A stretch of 36,046 nucleotides of DNA from Cyclobacteriaceae bacterium. GTDB taxonomy: Bacteria; Bacteroidota; Bacteroidia; Cytophagales; Cyclobacteriaceae. Shown here in pieces: positions 1 to 8,839 of this stretch (positions within the stretch are counted from its first letter, which is position 1; each line of letters opens with the position of its first letter). Both the position numbers and the translations under genes were made by a program. The notes beneath the pieces are model-generated. The model had not been told where the DNA came from, did not search any database, and saw nothing but the letters and a program-made list of their open reading frames with translations. The stretch covers positions 1 through 36,046 of the forward strand of contig JANYKP010000059.1 in the NCBI GenBank assembly GCA_025358195.1, written 5' to 3'.

Positions 1-2
1 CT

Positions 3-83
3 TTCTCCTTTTTTCATTTATTTTCCTACCTTTGTGCTTCGGAAATTATTCCGCTTGTGATCATTATCAAGTTATTCTTTTAA
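3..83 (+). CDS. 3' end of DUF4271-family membrane protein (partial, runs off window)
   Basis: Frame from position 3 reads FSFFHLFSYLCASEIIPLVIIIKLFF* (TAA 81-83). The (F/S)YLCxxEIxP C-terminal motif and position directly before hemD fit Bacteroidota DUF4271. Not in the ORF track. Confidence 0.75.
   Translation, partial: FSFFHLFSYLCASEIIPLVIIIKLFF
27..34 (+). promoter_or_regulatory. Putative Bacteroidota -7 promoter element (TACCTTTG) for hemD
   Basis: Exact TAnnTTTG match 73 nt upstream of the hemD ORF, inside DUF4271 codons. Confidence 0.45.
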
Positions 84-107
84 CTACCGAAACCGACGTG
101 TGCAGAT

Positions 108-887
108 ATGATAGAAACGGTTGTTATTGACAGGATGCGGAAAGTAAAAAGCATTCTCGTCACTCAGGAAGTACCAACGGATCCAACTTCTCCTTACTTC
201 AAAATCGCTGAGAAATATTCGATCAGGGTTGACTTCAGACCTTTCATACAGATTGAGGCTGTGCCTGTGAAAGAATTCCGCAAACAGAAAATTGAAATAC
301 TGAATTACACCGCGATTATCTTCACCAGCCGCAATGCGGTGGATCACTTTTTCATACTCTGCCGGGAACTGAAGATTGAGATGCCTCCTGACATGAAGTA
401 TTTCTGTATCTCCGAACAAACGTCCAATTATCTTCAGAAGTACATCGTCATTCGAAAGAGAAAAATATTTACCGGCCTTAAGGACACACGCGACTTACTG
501 GAGATCATTAAGAAGCATAAGAACGAAAAGTTCCTTTTCCCCTGCTCGGATATTCGCAAAAATGACATTCCTGATTTTCTGCGGGAGAATAGTTACCATT
601 TTAGTGAAGCGATCACGCATCATACGGTGGCCGCAAATCTTTCTGATCTGAAAGAAGTTTTCTACGATATACTAGCTTTTTTCAGCCCTTCCGGAATACA
701 CTCACTTTATACCAACTTCCCGGATTTCAAGCAAAACAGCACACGTATTGCCGCCTTTGGTCCCGCCACCGCGAAAGCGGTAAGAGATGCTGGTCTGGTC
801 CTTGACATTGAGGCCCCTTTGCCAAATGCCCCGTCAATGACGGGAGCATTGGAGCTCTATATTAAAAAGGTCAACCTTTCTAAATAA
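108..887 (+). CDS. hemD: Uroporphyrinogen-III synthase (Bacteroidota HemD-like)
   Basis: KVKSILVTQ N-terminus, IIFTSRNAVDHFF, FFSPSGI, AFGPATAKA and APLPNAPSM motifs. The start could be the downstream Met at 135. Confidence 0.85.
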   Translation: MIETVVIDRMRKVKSILVTQEVPTDPTSPYFKIAEKYSIRVDFRPFIQIEAVPVKEFRKQKIEILNYTAIIFTSRNAVDHFFILCRELKIEMPPDMKYFCISEQTSNYLQKYIVIRKRKIFTGLKDTRDLLEIIKKHKNEKFLFPCSDIRKNDIPDFLRENSYHFSEAITHHTVAANLSDLKEVFYDILAFFSPSGIHSLYTNFPDFKQNSTRIAAFGPATAKAVRDAGLVLDIEAPLPNAPSMTGALELYIKKVNLSK

Positions 888-959
888 AACAAAAGGATTC
901 TTTCGTTACTTCGCTGGCAGAGTTTATAAGTTCAAATTTGAAAATCTTGCGAACTGACA

Positions 960-1919
960 GTGAAAAAGATAATACTCCTTTTAACCGTGTTATTATCCTT
1001 TGATGCCCTGGCCCAGCAGGACCCTCAGTTTACGCAATACATGTTCAATTCATTTTATTACAATCCAGCCTTCGCTGGCTCGGAGGGCGTCACCAAAATA
1101 ACCGGACTTTATCGAAGTCAGTGGCTGGGTTACTCGCCCACCTACGGAGACGGTGGCGCGCCAACGACACAGATACTGAGTGTGCATACGCCGATCGCCA
1201 AGCTCAAGGGTGGTGTAGGAGGTTACATAGTCAATGATAAACTGGGTCCTCTTACTAATTTTGAAGTCCAGGCATCGTACGCGTATTATATAAATGTGAA
1301 GGATGCCAAACTTAGTATTGGCGTACGAGGCGGGATGTTTTCTCAAAAAGTAGATTTTGATTTATATCGGGCGACGGATCAGAATGATCCTTTGCTGGCG
1401 GGAAAATCAGGCAAGGAATCACAAGTCCGACCGGATTTGGCGGTGGGCGCGCTTTATAGAAAGGACAAGTACTACATCGGCATAGGCCTCAATCATCTTA
1501 ACCAATCGAGTTATGATTTCGGCTTGACACAAAACAACCAGCTGAAACGCCACCTTTATGTTACGGGCAGTTACTTTTATGATCTCAATTTTGATGTTCG
1601 GCTGCAATTCGTAACCCTTATCAAGTCGGACTTCACCAAAACCTCCTTTGATGTCGGTGGCCTGGCTTATTTCAAGGTCATTATGTGGGGAGGCCTTTCA
1701 TTCCGGCAATCGGAAGCAGCCATTTTAATTTTGGGATATAGCCTGTTGAAAGATAAATCTTTGAAAGTTGGATATTCATTAGATTACATTGTGAAAGATC
1801 AGCAGGCAAAGCAGCCAACTTCGCATGAATTAATGGTTTCATACAGTTTGCCGGTCAATTCCAGTGGTAGAAAGCCCATTAAAACGCCTCGTTTTAATTA
1901 TGAAAGACCAAAGCGTTAA
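960..1919 (+). CDS. porP: Type IX secretion system outer-membrane beta-barrel, PorP/SprF family
   Basis: Signal peptide, AQQDPQFTQYMFN, YNPAFAG, YRSQW, GYSLD and SHE motifs; directly upstream of gldKLMN. Confidence 0.9.
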   Translation: MKKIILLLTVLLSFDALAQQDPQFTQYMFNSFYYNPAFAGSEGVTKITGLYRSQWLGYSPTYGDGGAPTTQILSVHTPIAKLKGGVGGYIVNDKLGPLTNFEVQASYAYYINVKDAKLSIGVRGGMFSQKVDFDLYRATDQNDPLLAGKSGKESQVRPDLAVGALYRKDKYYIGIGLNHLNQSSYDFGLTQNNQLKRHLYVTGSYFYDLNFDVRLQFVTLIKSDFTKTSFDVGGLAYFKVIMWGGLSFRQSEAAILILGYSLLKDKSLKVGYSLDYIVKDQQAKQPTSHELMVSYSLPVNSSGRKPIKTPRFNYERPKR

Positions 1920-2099
1920 TCCTTTTTGCTTGAAGAATGAGCTTTAACTGTCCATTTCCTTCACAAAACCAAAACATTTTTGGGTTTTTTGAAGATTTTA
2001 CTGAATTTGGGAACTCTATTTTTTGGCAAAGCAGAGGAATGAAATAAATTTATGGTCCGTTCGTTGGACAAAATCCAACTGGGCAATTGACTTAACAAC

Positions 2100-3203
2100 A
2101 TGATTATGAATTTAAAGGTGACATCAAAAAGTCTAGGTTATGTGGCGCTGGCAACCATCTGTTTGTCAATTGCGGGTTGCGGCTTGCTGGGCATTGGTGG
2201 CAAGAAGGGTGGTGACCAGGGGGAATTGTTGGGGGTTCCCAACCGCGAAGGTTGGGTTATGCCAGGCCTGTATGGTATGGTGCCCATCCCGGCAGGCACA
2301 TTCCACATGGGGCAGGCAGATGAAGACCCTGCATCCACACAAATTAACTTTAACAAGCAAATCACCATCGGGCCATTCTTTATGGATGACACCGAGATCA
2401 CGAACAATGAGTATCGCCAGTTTACAAACTGGTTCCTGGTGGACAATGGAACGATTGAAGGTTTCCCTGCGGTAGACGCTGGGACGTTCAGACAAAAGTA
2501 TTACCCAGATACCACCTGCTGGGTGCGCGATTTTGCACATCACATGGGCGATCCTGTTCAGGACTACTATTATTGGCATCCGGGCTATGATGATTATCCT
2601 GTTGTGGGAATTAACTGGGATGCGGCAGTATTTTTTGGAAAATGGAGAACGGCCTACCTTAATGATTTCCGGAAGACCGTAGGTGAATTTCCAATGCCGG
2701 AATTTCGCCTTCCCTCTGAAGCGGAATGGGAATACGCAGCGCGTGGCGGAAGGGATATGGCAAAATATCCATGGGGTAACCCCTATATCCGTAACTCCAA
2801 AGGTTGTATGCTGGCGAACTTCAAGCCCGGAAGAGGTAACTTCTTCGATGATGGCTTTGCGTACACCTCCCCCGTTAGATCATACTTTGTGAATGATTAC
2901 GGGCTGTTTGATACTTCTGGCAACGTCTCTGAATGGTGTCTTGATGACTTCAATCCGGCCTCTGTGCCTACCGTGTGGGACCTGAACCCTCAATATATTG
3001 ATCCTCGCACAGATCCCGACAATAAGAAATTTAATGCCAAGATTCCCCCTAAGAAAGTTGTTCGTGGTGGTTCATGGAAAGATGTAGCGTATTACTTGGA
3101 AACGGGTACCAGAACCTATGAATTCAAAGACTCTTCGCGTGCTTATATTGGATTCCGTTGTGCCCTGACCCACCTGGGGCGGTCATCCGGGACCGAATTT
3201 TAA
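2100..3203 (+). CDS. gldK: Gliding motility/T9SS lipoprotein GldK (PorK), SUMF1/FGE-sulfatase fold
   Basis: Lipobox SIAG-C; GMVPIPAGTFHMG, FFMDDTEITNNEYRQF, YPVVG, FRLPSEAEWEYAARGG, GNVSEW, RGGSWKD and IGFRC motifs; first gene of the K-L-M-N order. Confidence 0.9.
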   Translation: MIMNLKVTSKSLGYVALATICLSIAGCGLLGIGGKKGGDQGELLGVPNREGWVMPGLYGMVPIPAGTFHMGQADEDPASTQINFNKQITIGPFFMDDTEITNNEYRQFTNWFLVDNGTIEGFPAVDAGTFRQKYYPDTTCWVRDFAHHMGDPVQDYYYWHPGYDDYPVVGINWDAAVFFGKWRTAYLNDFRKTVGEFPMPEFRLPSEAEWEYAARGGRDMAKYPWGNPYIRNSKGCMLANFKPGRGNFFDDGFAYTSPVRSYFVNDYGLFDTSGNVSEWCLDDFNPASVPTVWDLNPQYIDPRTDPDNKKFNAKIPPKKVVRGGSWKDVAYYLETGTRTYEFKDSSRAYIGFRCALTHLGRSSGTEF

Positions 3204-3282
3204 TAATTGAAAACTCGTGCTATCTTTAACTCGTGCTAACTCCAAGAAAACGAAAACCTTAAACCCTAAACTTTAAATAACC

Positions 3283-4113
3283 ATGGCAAAGAAAAAAGGC
3301 GGATTCATGCAATTGCTCTATGAAACCATCATGCCCAAGATATATGGAATTGGTGCGGCAGTCGTAATCATAGGTGCTCTCTTCAAAATTCTTCACTTAC
3401 CAGGAGCTAACCTGATGTTAATGATTGGTCTTTCAGTGGAGGCTGGCATTTTCTTCCTTAGCGCATTTGAGCCTAAGCACGAGGACCCAGATTGGTCAAA
3501 GGTTTATCCTGAGTTATCAGAAGAATATGAGGGTCCAGCCAATCAGACCGCTACCCGCATTAGCAATCGCCCGGGAGCAGGAGAATCACCCCTACTTAAG
3601 ATTGATGACATGCTAAAAACCGCCAAGGTTGATCAAAACCTCCTGGATAATCTGGGCAAGGGACTAACGAACCTTGCAACGTCCGCTACGCAAATGAATA
3701 ATCTTTCGAATGCGGCCGTAGCCACAAACGAATATGCGAAGAATGTGCAGGCGGCCTCCGCTTCACTCACAGAGATGAACAAGTCATATGGCTCGGCGAT
3801 GAAAGCCGTTTCAGCAATGGCCGATGCATCCAAAGATACGGGTGAGTATCACGCACAAGTGCAAAAAGTGACAAAGAATCTGGCGGCTCTCAATACCATT
3901 TATGAAATGGAATTGAAGGATGCCGATTCACATGTGAAGAATATGAATAAGTTCTACGAAAGCTTAACAGGTGCAATGCAAGGCCTGTCTTCCGTTGGAG
4001 CCAATACATCAAAATTCACTTCCGAATTGGGTAAGTTGACAGACAATCTCACTTCATTGAATAACGTATACGGAAGTATGTTAACAGCAATGAAAGGTTC
4101 TTCTGCAAAGTAA
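3283..4113 (+). CDS. gldL: Gliding motility/T9SS motor subunit GldL (PorL)
   Basis: YGIGAAVVIIGALFKILH, VEAGIFFLSAFEP, DWSKVYPEL and C-terminal LNNVYGSMLTAM. Confidence 0.95.
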   Translation: MAKKKGGFMQLLYETIMPKIYGIGAAVVIIGALFKILHLPGANLMLMIGLSVEAGIFFLSAFEPKHEDPDWSKVYPELSEEYEGPANQTATRISNRPGAGESPLLKIDDMLKTAKVDQNLLDNLGKGLTNLATSATQMNNLSNAAVATNEYAKNVQAASASLTEMNKSYGSAMKAVSAMADASKDTGEYHAQVQKVTKNLAALNTIYEMELKDADSHVKNMNKFYESLTGAMQGLSSVGANTSKFTSELGKLTDNLTSLNNVYGSMLTAMKGSSAK

Positions 4114-4167
4114 GGTTGAGTAGCAGTTTAAGGTTGATTCTGATTTAAACTCTAAAACAAATACAAT

Positions 4168-5799
4168 ATGTCAGGCGGTAAGGAAACTCCGAGGCAAAAG
4201 ATGATAGGTATGATGTACCTGGTGCTAACAGCCCTCTTAGCACTTAATGTAAGCAGCACGGTGCTTGAGAAGTTTGCCATTATGAATACCACCCTCATAG
4301 AATTGAGAGATGAAAGTACGTTGACGAACGAAGGGAAGCTGGCAAGGATTTTAAACCAAAAAAGTGATAATCCGCTTGTGAAGGATGCGATGGCAAAAGC
4401 CCAGCAAGTCCGAGACCTTACGAAAGCAACCATTAAATCGTTGGACAGTCTCAAGTCTGTGTTGAGCCAGGAGCATGATGGAACGCCGATCGAAGGCCCT
4501 GAACTGGTGGGCAATACAAACATTGCGGAAGAAAAAATGCTGAATGATAAATCAACACTGGCTCCCGATTACGAAAAGAAGTTGGTCAATTTCAAAGACA
4601 AGCTGGAAGTGCTTTCCGGAAAGAAGTTTAGTAAGCTTAATAAGAAAGCAGAAGACTTTCCTGAATTAGCAGAAAAAGACTCGGAGGGCAACATTGTAAA
4701 GAACGATGACGGCACACCGAAAGTAGAGCACGGTGAGCTTGACTTTATTGAATTCTCCTTTCATGGAAACCCTACGATGTCAGCCATCGCGGGTGTCTCC
4801 CAGATGCAAACGGAAATTTTGGAATATGAAGGGTTAGCACTTGATCGTTTGGATTCAATTGCGGGCTCTAAAAACTTCAACTTTGATAAGGTTGTGCCCA
4901 TGGTAATGGGGCCAAGCATTGTTGCTGTCGGCGCAAAGTACCAGGGACGATTGTTTATGGCGGGCGCCACGTCAGGTGGTCCTCCCCCACAGATGTTCAG
5001 GGATGGAACGGCTTTGACCGTGACGACAGACCCTGAAACCGGTATCAAGATGGCTATGATTGAGTTTTCCGCCAGGGCTGACGGAAGCTTTGATGCAAAT
5101 GGGATGGGTTCTGGGCATTTTAATACTGAAATACGAGTGGAAGGGAAAGACCCGCTTAAGAGAACAATTGACTACAAAGTAGTGGTACCTACGGTCGAGG
5201 TGGTCTCGGGCGCACGACCCTCTGCCTACTTAAATTGCGGTAACCCGATAACATTTAATTGTCCTGTGTTGGGTGAGTCGTACAATCCAAACTTTAGCTC
5301 AGCCGATCAGGTTACCATCATAAAGGGAGACCGTCCAGGGGTTACTACGCTTATTCCCAAGCAGAAAGGTCAGATCAAAGTAGTGGTGACGAATGCAGGA
5401 GTGCCCATCAGCACCAAGGCATTTGACGTGCTGCCGGTTCCGAATCCACACTATGTTGTAAAGGATGATAACGGTAAAGAAATTAATCCGAAAGATGGTG
5501 TGAGCAGCCCGGGAGGACTCCGGGTTTCGGCAGAAGCGGAAACCAACTTTAAGGCGGCATTGAAAGACGACTCAAAGTATCGTATACGCACCATGGAAGT
5601 CTATTGTAAAAAAGGCAACGGGGACCGCCGGTTTACACTCAATCCAACGTCTGAAATCATAGACTTATCTGCGTATAAGTCGCAGTTCCAGCGTGGCGAT
5701 CTTATCGTAATTGATATAAGAACGGTAACCAGGAAAACGTTTACCGGTGATGACGATAAAGTGGATTTCGTTGAAACAAAGTTTATTCCGATAAAATAA
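4168..5799 (+). CDS. gldM: Gliding motility/T9SS motor subunit GldM (PorM)
   Basis: N-terminal TPRQKMIGMMYLVLTALLALNVS signature followed by a large periplasmic region. Confidence 0.95.
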   Translation: MSGGKETPRQKMIGMMYLVLTALLALNVSSTVLEKFAIMNTTLIELRDESTLTNEGKLARILNQKSDNPLVKDAMAKAQQVRDLTKATIKSLDSLKSVLSQEHDGTPIEGPELVGNTNIAEEKMLNDKSTLAPDYEKKLVNFKDKLEVLSGKKFSKLNKKAEDFPELAEKDSEGNIVKNDDGTPKVEHGELDFIEFSFHGNPTMSAIAGVSQMQTEILEYEGLALDRLDSIAGSKNFNFDKVVPMVMGPSIVAVGAKYQGRLFMAGATSGGPPPQMFRDGTALTVTTDPETGIKMAMIEFSARADGSFDANGMGSGHFNTEIRVEGKDPLKRTIDYKVVVPTVEVVSGARPSAYLNCGNPITFNCPVLGESYNPNFSSADQVTIIKGDRPGVTTLIPKQKGQIKVVVTNAGVPISTKAFDVLPVPNPHYVVKDDNGKEINPKDGVSSPGGLRVSAEAETNFKAALKDDSKYRIRTMEVYCKKGNGDRRFTLNPTSEIIDLSAYKSQFQRGDLIVIDIRTVTRKTFTGDDDKVDFVETKFIPIK

Positions 5800-5809
5800 A
5801 TTTAAGGGT

Positions 5810-6895
5810 ATGAGGACCAAGAGGATCGTAGTTGGGTTGGCAATAGTCATGTTCTGTAACATTTGCGTTGCGCAGGATGAGGCGCAAGTGGATCCGAATT
5901 CACTACTCAAGATTCCCAAGTACGAACAAATGTATAAGGTGAGGGTTTGGAGGGCCATCAATCTTCGCGAGAAACAGAACAAGGGATTTTTTGCCAAGCG
6001 CAATGAGATCACCAAATTGATCATGAATGCGGTCAAGTCGGGTGAGTTGTCGGACTTTTATGAAGCGGATCTCGTAACAAAAATTCCAAAGGACAAATTC
6101 CTTTCAGGCCTTTTGTCAAAAGAGGGGGTAGTATTCCCAGAGTGGGTGGCGACGCAAAACTATACGCTCGGTGATAAGTATAGCTATAAGGGCGTCAATT
6201 ACGAAGCGAGCGATGATGCTCCTTCTAAAACACCATCTAACGACTCAAGAAGCTGGAAAAGAACAGGAAAAGGTAAAACCGCATTTGAAGCCTGGAGTGT
6301 TGAAAAAGCCTACAAGATTGGAGATAAAGTGGCTTTTGACGGAACGAATTATGAAACAATAGGAGACGTGCCGGTGATGAACCCCTCGACCGACAAGGAT
6401 CATTGGGCGGTGTCACCGGAAGGAAAGGCGATCAATGTGGAGCCTGCAGACGTATCCAAACTTACTCTTGTGGAGGATGTGATCTTTGATAAGAGGAGGT
6501 CGCGGTTGTACTACGATATGCTTGCCGTTGAGTTAAAGGCCTATATCCCGCTTGATAAGTCAAATCCTGATCCTGAGCAGGATGTTGCAAATGGTAGCTT
6601 TAAATCGCTTGGCTGGTTTCTGTATAAAGACCTCGAAAAAGTGTTCAGAGATCCAACGCACGTAGCCGAAGCCATTTGGTTCAACCGCCAAAACATGGCT
6701 GAAAAGAGAAATTATGCGGATGCGTTCCTGCTGCGCCTTTTCCACTGTACCATTGATAAGGTTGAAAACCCCGATGACGAAACAATATTTGAAACCTACA
6801 ACAACAACCGGCGCCCCTATAAGGAAGCCGTTTGGGCTACCGAGTGGGAAGAAATGAGACTGATGGAGAAAGAGCACAATTTGTGGGAATACTGA
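5810..6895 (+). CDS. gldN: Gliding motility/T9SS protein GldN (PorN) with two inserted CBM5/12-like repeats
   Basis: Signal peptide; RVWRAINLREKQN, EDVIFDKRRSRLYY, FLLRLF and C-terminal EHNLWEY; position after gldM. Confidence 0.93.
   Translation: MRTKRIVVGLAIVMFCNICVAQDEAQVDPNSLLKIPKYEQMYKVRVWRAINLREKQNKGFFAKRNEITKLIMNAVKSGELSDFYEADLVTKIPKDKFLSGLLSKEGVVFPEWVATQNYTLGDKYSYKGVNYEASDDAPSKTPSNDSRSWKRTGKGKTAFEAWSVEKAYKIGDKVAFDGTNYETIGDVPVMNPSTDKDHWAVSPEGKAINVEPADVSKLTLVEDVIFDKRRSRLYYDMLAVELKAYIPLDKSNPDPEQDVANGSFKSLGWFLYKDLEKVFRDPTHVAEAIWFNRQNMAEKRNYADAFLLRLFHCTIDKVENPDDETIFETYNNNRRPYKEAVWATEWEEMRLMEKEHNLWEY
6134..6406 (+). repeat. Tandem 41-aa protein repeats within GldN (150-nt period)
   Basis: FPEWVATQNYTLGDKYSYKGVNYEASDDAPSKTPSNDSRSW versus FEAWSVEKAYKIGDKVAFDGTNYETIGDVPVMNPSTDKDHW: ungapped, 16/41 identical by my count. 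Confidence 0.85.
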
Positions 6896-6915
6896 TCCCT
6901 ATCTGCTGATATAAG

Positions 6916-6948
6916 AAAATGCCTGGTTTATCCAGGCATTTTTGTTTT
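6916..6948 (+). terminator. Intrinsic terminator after gldN (possibly bidirectional with uvrC)
   Basis: AAAATGCCTGG-TTTAT-CCAGGCATTTT stem followed by TGTTTT; A-tract on the other side. Confidence 0.85.
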
Positions 6949-7054
6949 ACAGAAGGGCTTATCTGAGTTCGATTTGGAATGCAGGAGGGCCATGTAAGAA
7001 TGGACAAAATCAGGCTGAAAAAACAGGCAATGTGAAGCCAGCGTGAGGCACCTT

Positions 7055-8836
7055 CTAAGGCATCTGCTTTATTTTTTCTGCCAACGCTGAACTAACAAAC
7101 TTCTCCAGCTCAGACCGGTCAGCTTCTTTTATCTTTTTGATGGACTTGAAGTGGGCCAGCAATGCATTGGCTTTTGACTTGCCAATGCCCTTGATATTTT
7201 CAAGTTCGGTGGTAAAAACGGATTGGCTTCTTTTCTTTCTGTGAAAGGTAATAGCGAAACGGTGGGCCTCGTCGCGGATGTGTTGTATGAGTAAAAGGCT
7301 TCTGGACTTTTTATTAATATGTAATGGAAGGGGATCTTCCGGGTAGTAAATCTCCTCCAGTTTCTTGGCAATGCCAATAATGGGCACCTGACCATAAATT
7401 GCTAACTCCTGTAACGCCTCGACCGCGCTGCTGAGTTGACCCTTCCCACCATCTACGATTATCAAATTTGGAAGCTCACTGTTTTCTGCGAGAATTCTGT
7501 GATAGCGACGGCCAACAATCTCTTTCATGGATGCAAAATCATCCGGACCCTCGACGGTTTTAATATTGAAGTGACGGTAACCGCTTTTGTCAGGCTTACC
7601 ATCTGCAAAGCGCACCATGGATGCCACCGGGTTCGTTCCTCCCAAATTCGAATTATCAAAGCATTCAATAATTCTTGGAAGTTTTTTTAATTGTAAGTCC
7701 TTCTGGAGGCCCTGCAGAACTTCGATATTTTTTATTTTGGTTTCTTCCTTGGCGATTTCTTTTTTGGCCTTCAGGAACAGAGCATTTTTCAAGGATAAGT
7801 CCACCAATTTTTTCTTGTCGCCAATCTGCGGAACAATATTTTCAATGAATTCGTCAGTAACCAACAGGGGTTTATTGCTAAAAATAGTGGAGTGACGGCT
7901 GTTGGTTTCCATGCGGAGTTGGTGCGCTACGATTGTAAGTATTTCCTCATCCGATTCTTCCAGTTTCTTTTTGACTTCCACATTTTTGGAGAACACAATA
8001 GCACCTTCTCTAATTTGTAAAAAATTAATAAAGGCATCCGATGGCGAACTTGTAATTGTGATGACATCAATGTCGGTGAGCTTTCGATTGACAACCAATG
8101 ATTTTGACTGAAATTTCTCCAGCAAATTTAATTTATGCTTAAATAGTGCTGCCCGTTCGAATTCCATTGCCTCCGATGCCCACTTCATGTTTTCTTCAAA
8201 GTAGTTTTCGACAATGCTGAGATTGCCTTTAAGAATGCTCCTGGCCAGCGCGATTTCTTCCAGGTAGGGGCCTTCCTCCTGTAACCCTTCACAAGGACCC
8301 TTGCAGTTACCCAAATGATATTCAAGACAAACCTTGAATTTTTTCTTTGCAATATTCTCTTCAGAAAGAAGCAGGTTGCACGTCCTGATGGAATATAATT
8401 TTCGAACGAGTTCTAAAACACTTTTCATCGATGCAACACTGGTGTAGGGTCCAAAATATTCACCCTGCCGAGGAATGTATTTGCGTGTGTAAATGATTCT
8501 TGGAAAGCGCTCCTTTAAAATGCAGAGGTATGGAAAAGTTTTATCGTCCTTCAGTAAGATATTATACCTGGGCTGATTCTCTTTGATGAAATTGTTCTCG
8601 AGGAGCAAAGCATCGAACTCAGTATTGGCAAGTGTAAATTCGATTTTTCGGATTTCCGAAACGAGCTTTTCCGTCTTCCGATTGTATTGTGATTGCTTTA
8701 CAAAATAGCTGCTGACACGCTTCCTGAGGCTCTTCGCCTTGCCCACATAAATCAATGACTCCCCCTTGTCATAAAACCGGTAAATACCCGGAGAATCCGG
8801 CAGCGATGCTACTTTTTCTTTCAGCACATCGGTCAT
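7055..8836 (-). CDS. uvrC: Excinuclease ABC subunit C
   Basis: GIY-YIG region (PGIYRF...IYVGKAK), Cys cluster (CNL...CLEYHLGNCKGPC), UVR region, IECFDNSN, VDGGKGQL, RDEAHRFA and C-terminal HhH (GIGK). Confidence 0.97.
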   Translation of the reverse strand: MTDVLKEKVASLPDSPGIYRFYDKGESLIYVGKAKSLRKRVSSYFVKQSQYNRKTEKLVSEIRKIEFTLANTEFDALLLENNFIKENQPRYNILLKDDKTFPYLCILKERFPRIIYTRKYIPRQGEYFGPYTSVASMKSVLELVRKLYSIRTCNLLLSEENIAKKKFKVCLEYHLGNCKGPCEGLQEEGPYLEEIALARSILKGNLSIVENYFEENMKWASEAMEFERAALFKHKLNLLEKFQSKSLVVNRKLTDIDVITITSSPSDAFINFLQIREGAIVFSKNVEVKKKLEESDEEILTIVAHQLRMETNSRHSTIFSNKPLLVTDEFIENIVPQIGDKKKLVDLSLKNALFLKAKKEIAKEETKIKNIEVLQGLQKDLQLKKLPRIIECFDNSNLGGTNPVASMVRFADGKPDKSGYRHFNIKTVEGPDDFASMKEIVGRRYHRILAENSELPNLIIVDGGKGQLSSAVEALQELAIYGQVPIIGIAKKLEEIYYPEDPLPLHINKKSRSLLLIQHIRDEAHRFAITFHRKKRSQSVFTTELENIKGIGKSKANALLAHFKSIKKIKEADRSELEKFVSSALAEKIKQMP

Positions 8837-8839
8837 GGA

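Noticed and set aside
2100-3203. Formylglycine-generating enzyme
   Set aside because: The fold motifs match, but the lipobox and position before gldLMN identify GldK.
4111-4137. TAAGGTTGA direct repeat between gldL and gldM
   Set aside because: Only 9 nt twice, one copy including the stop codon; too weak to interpret.
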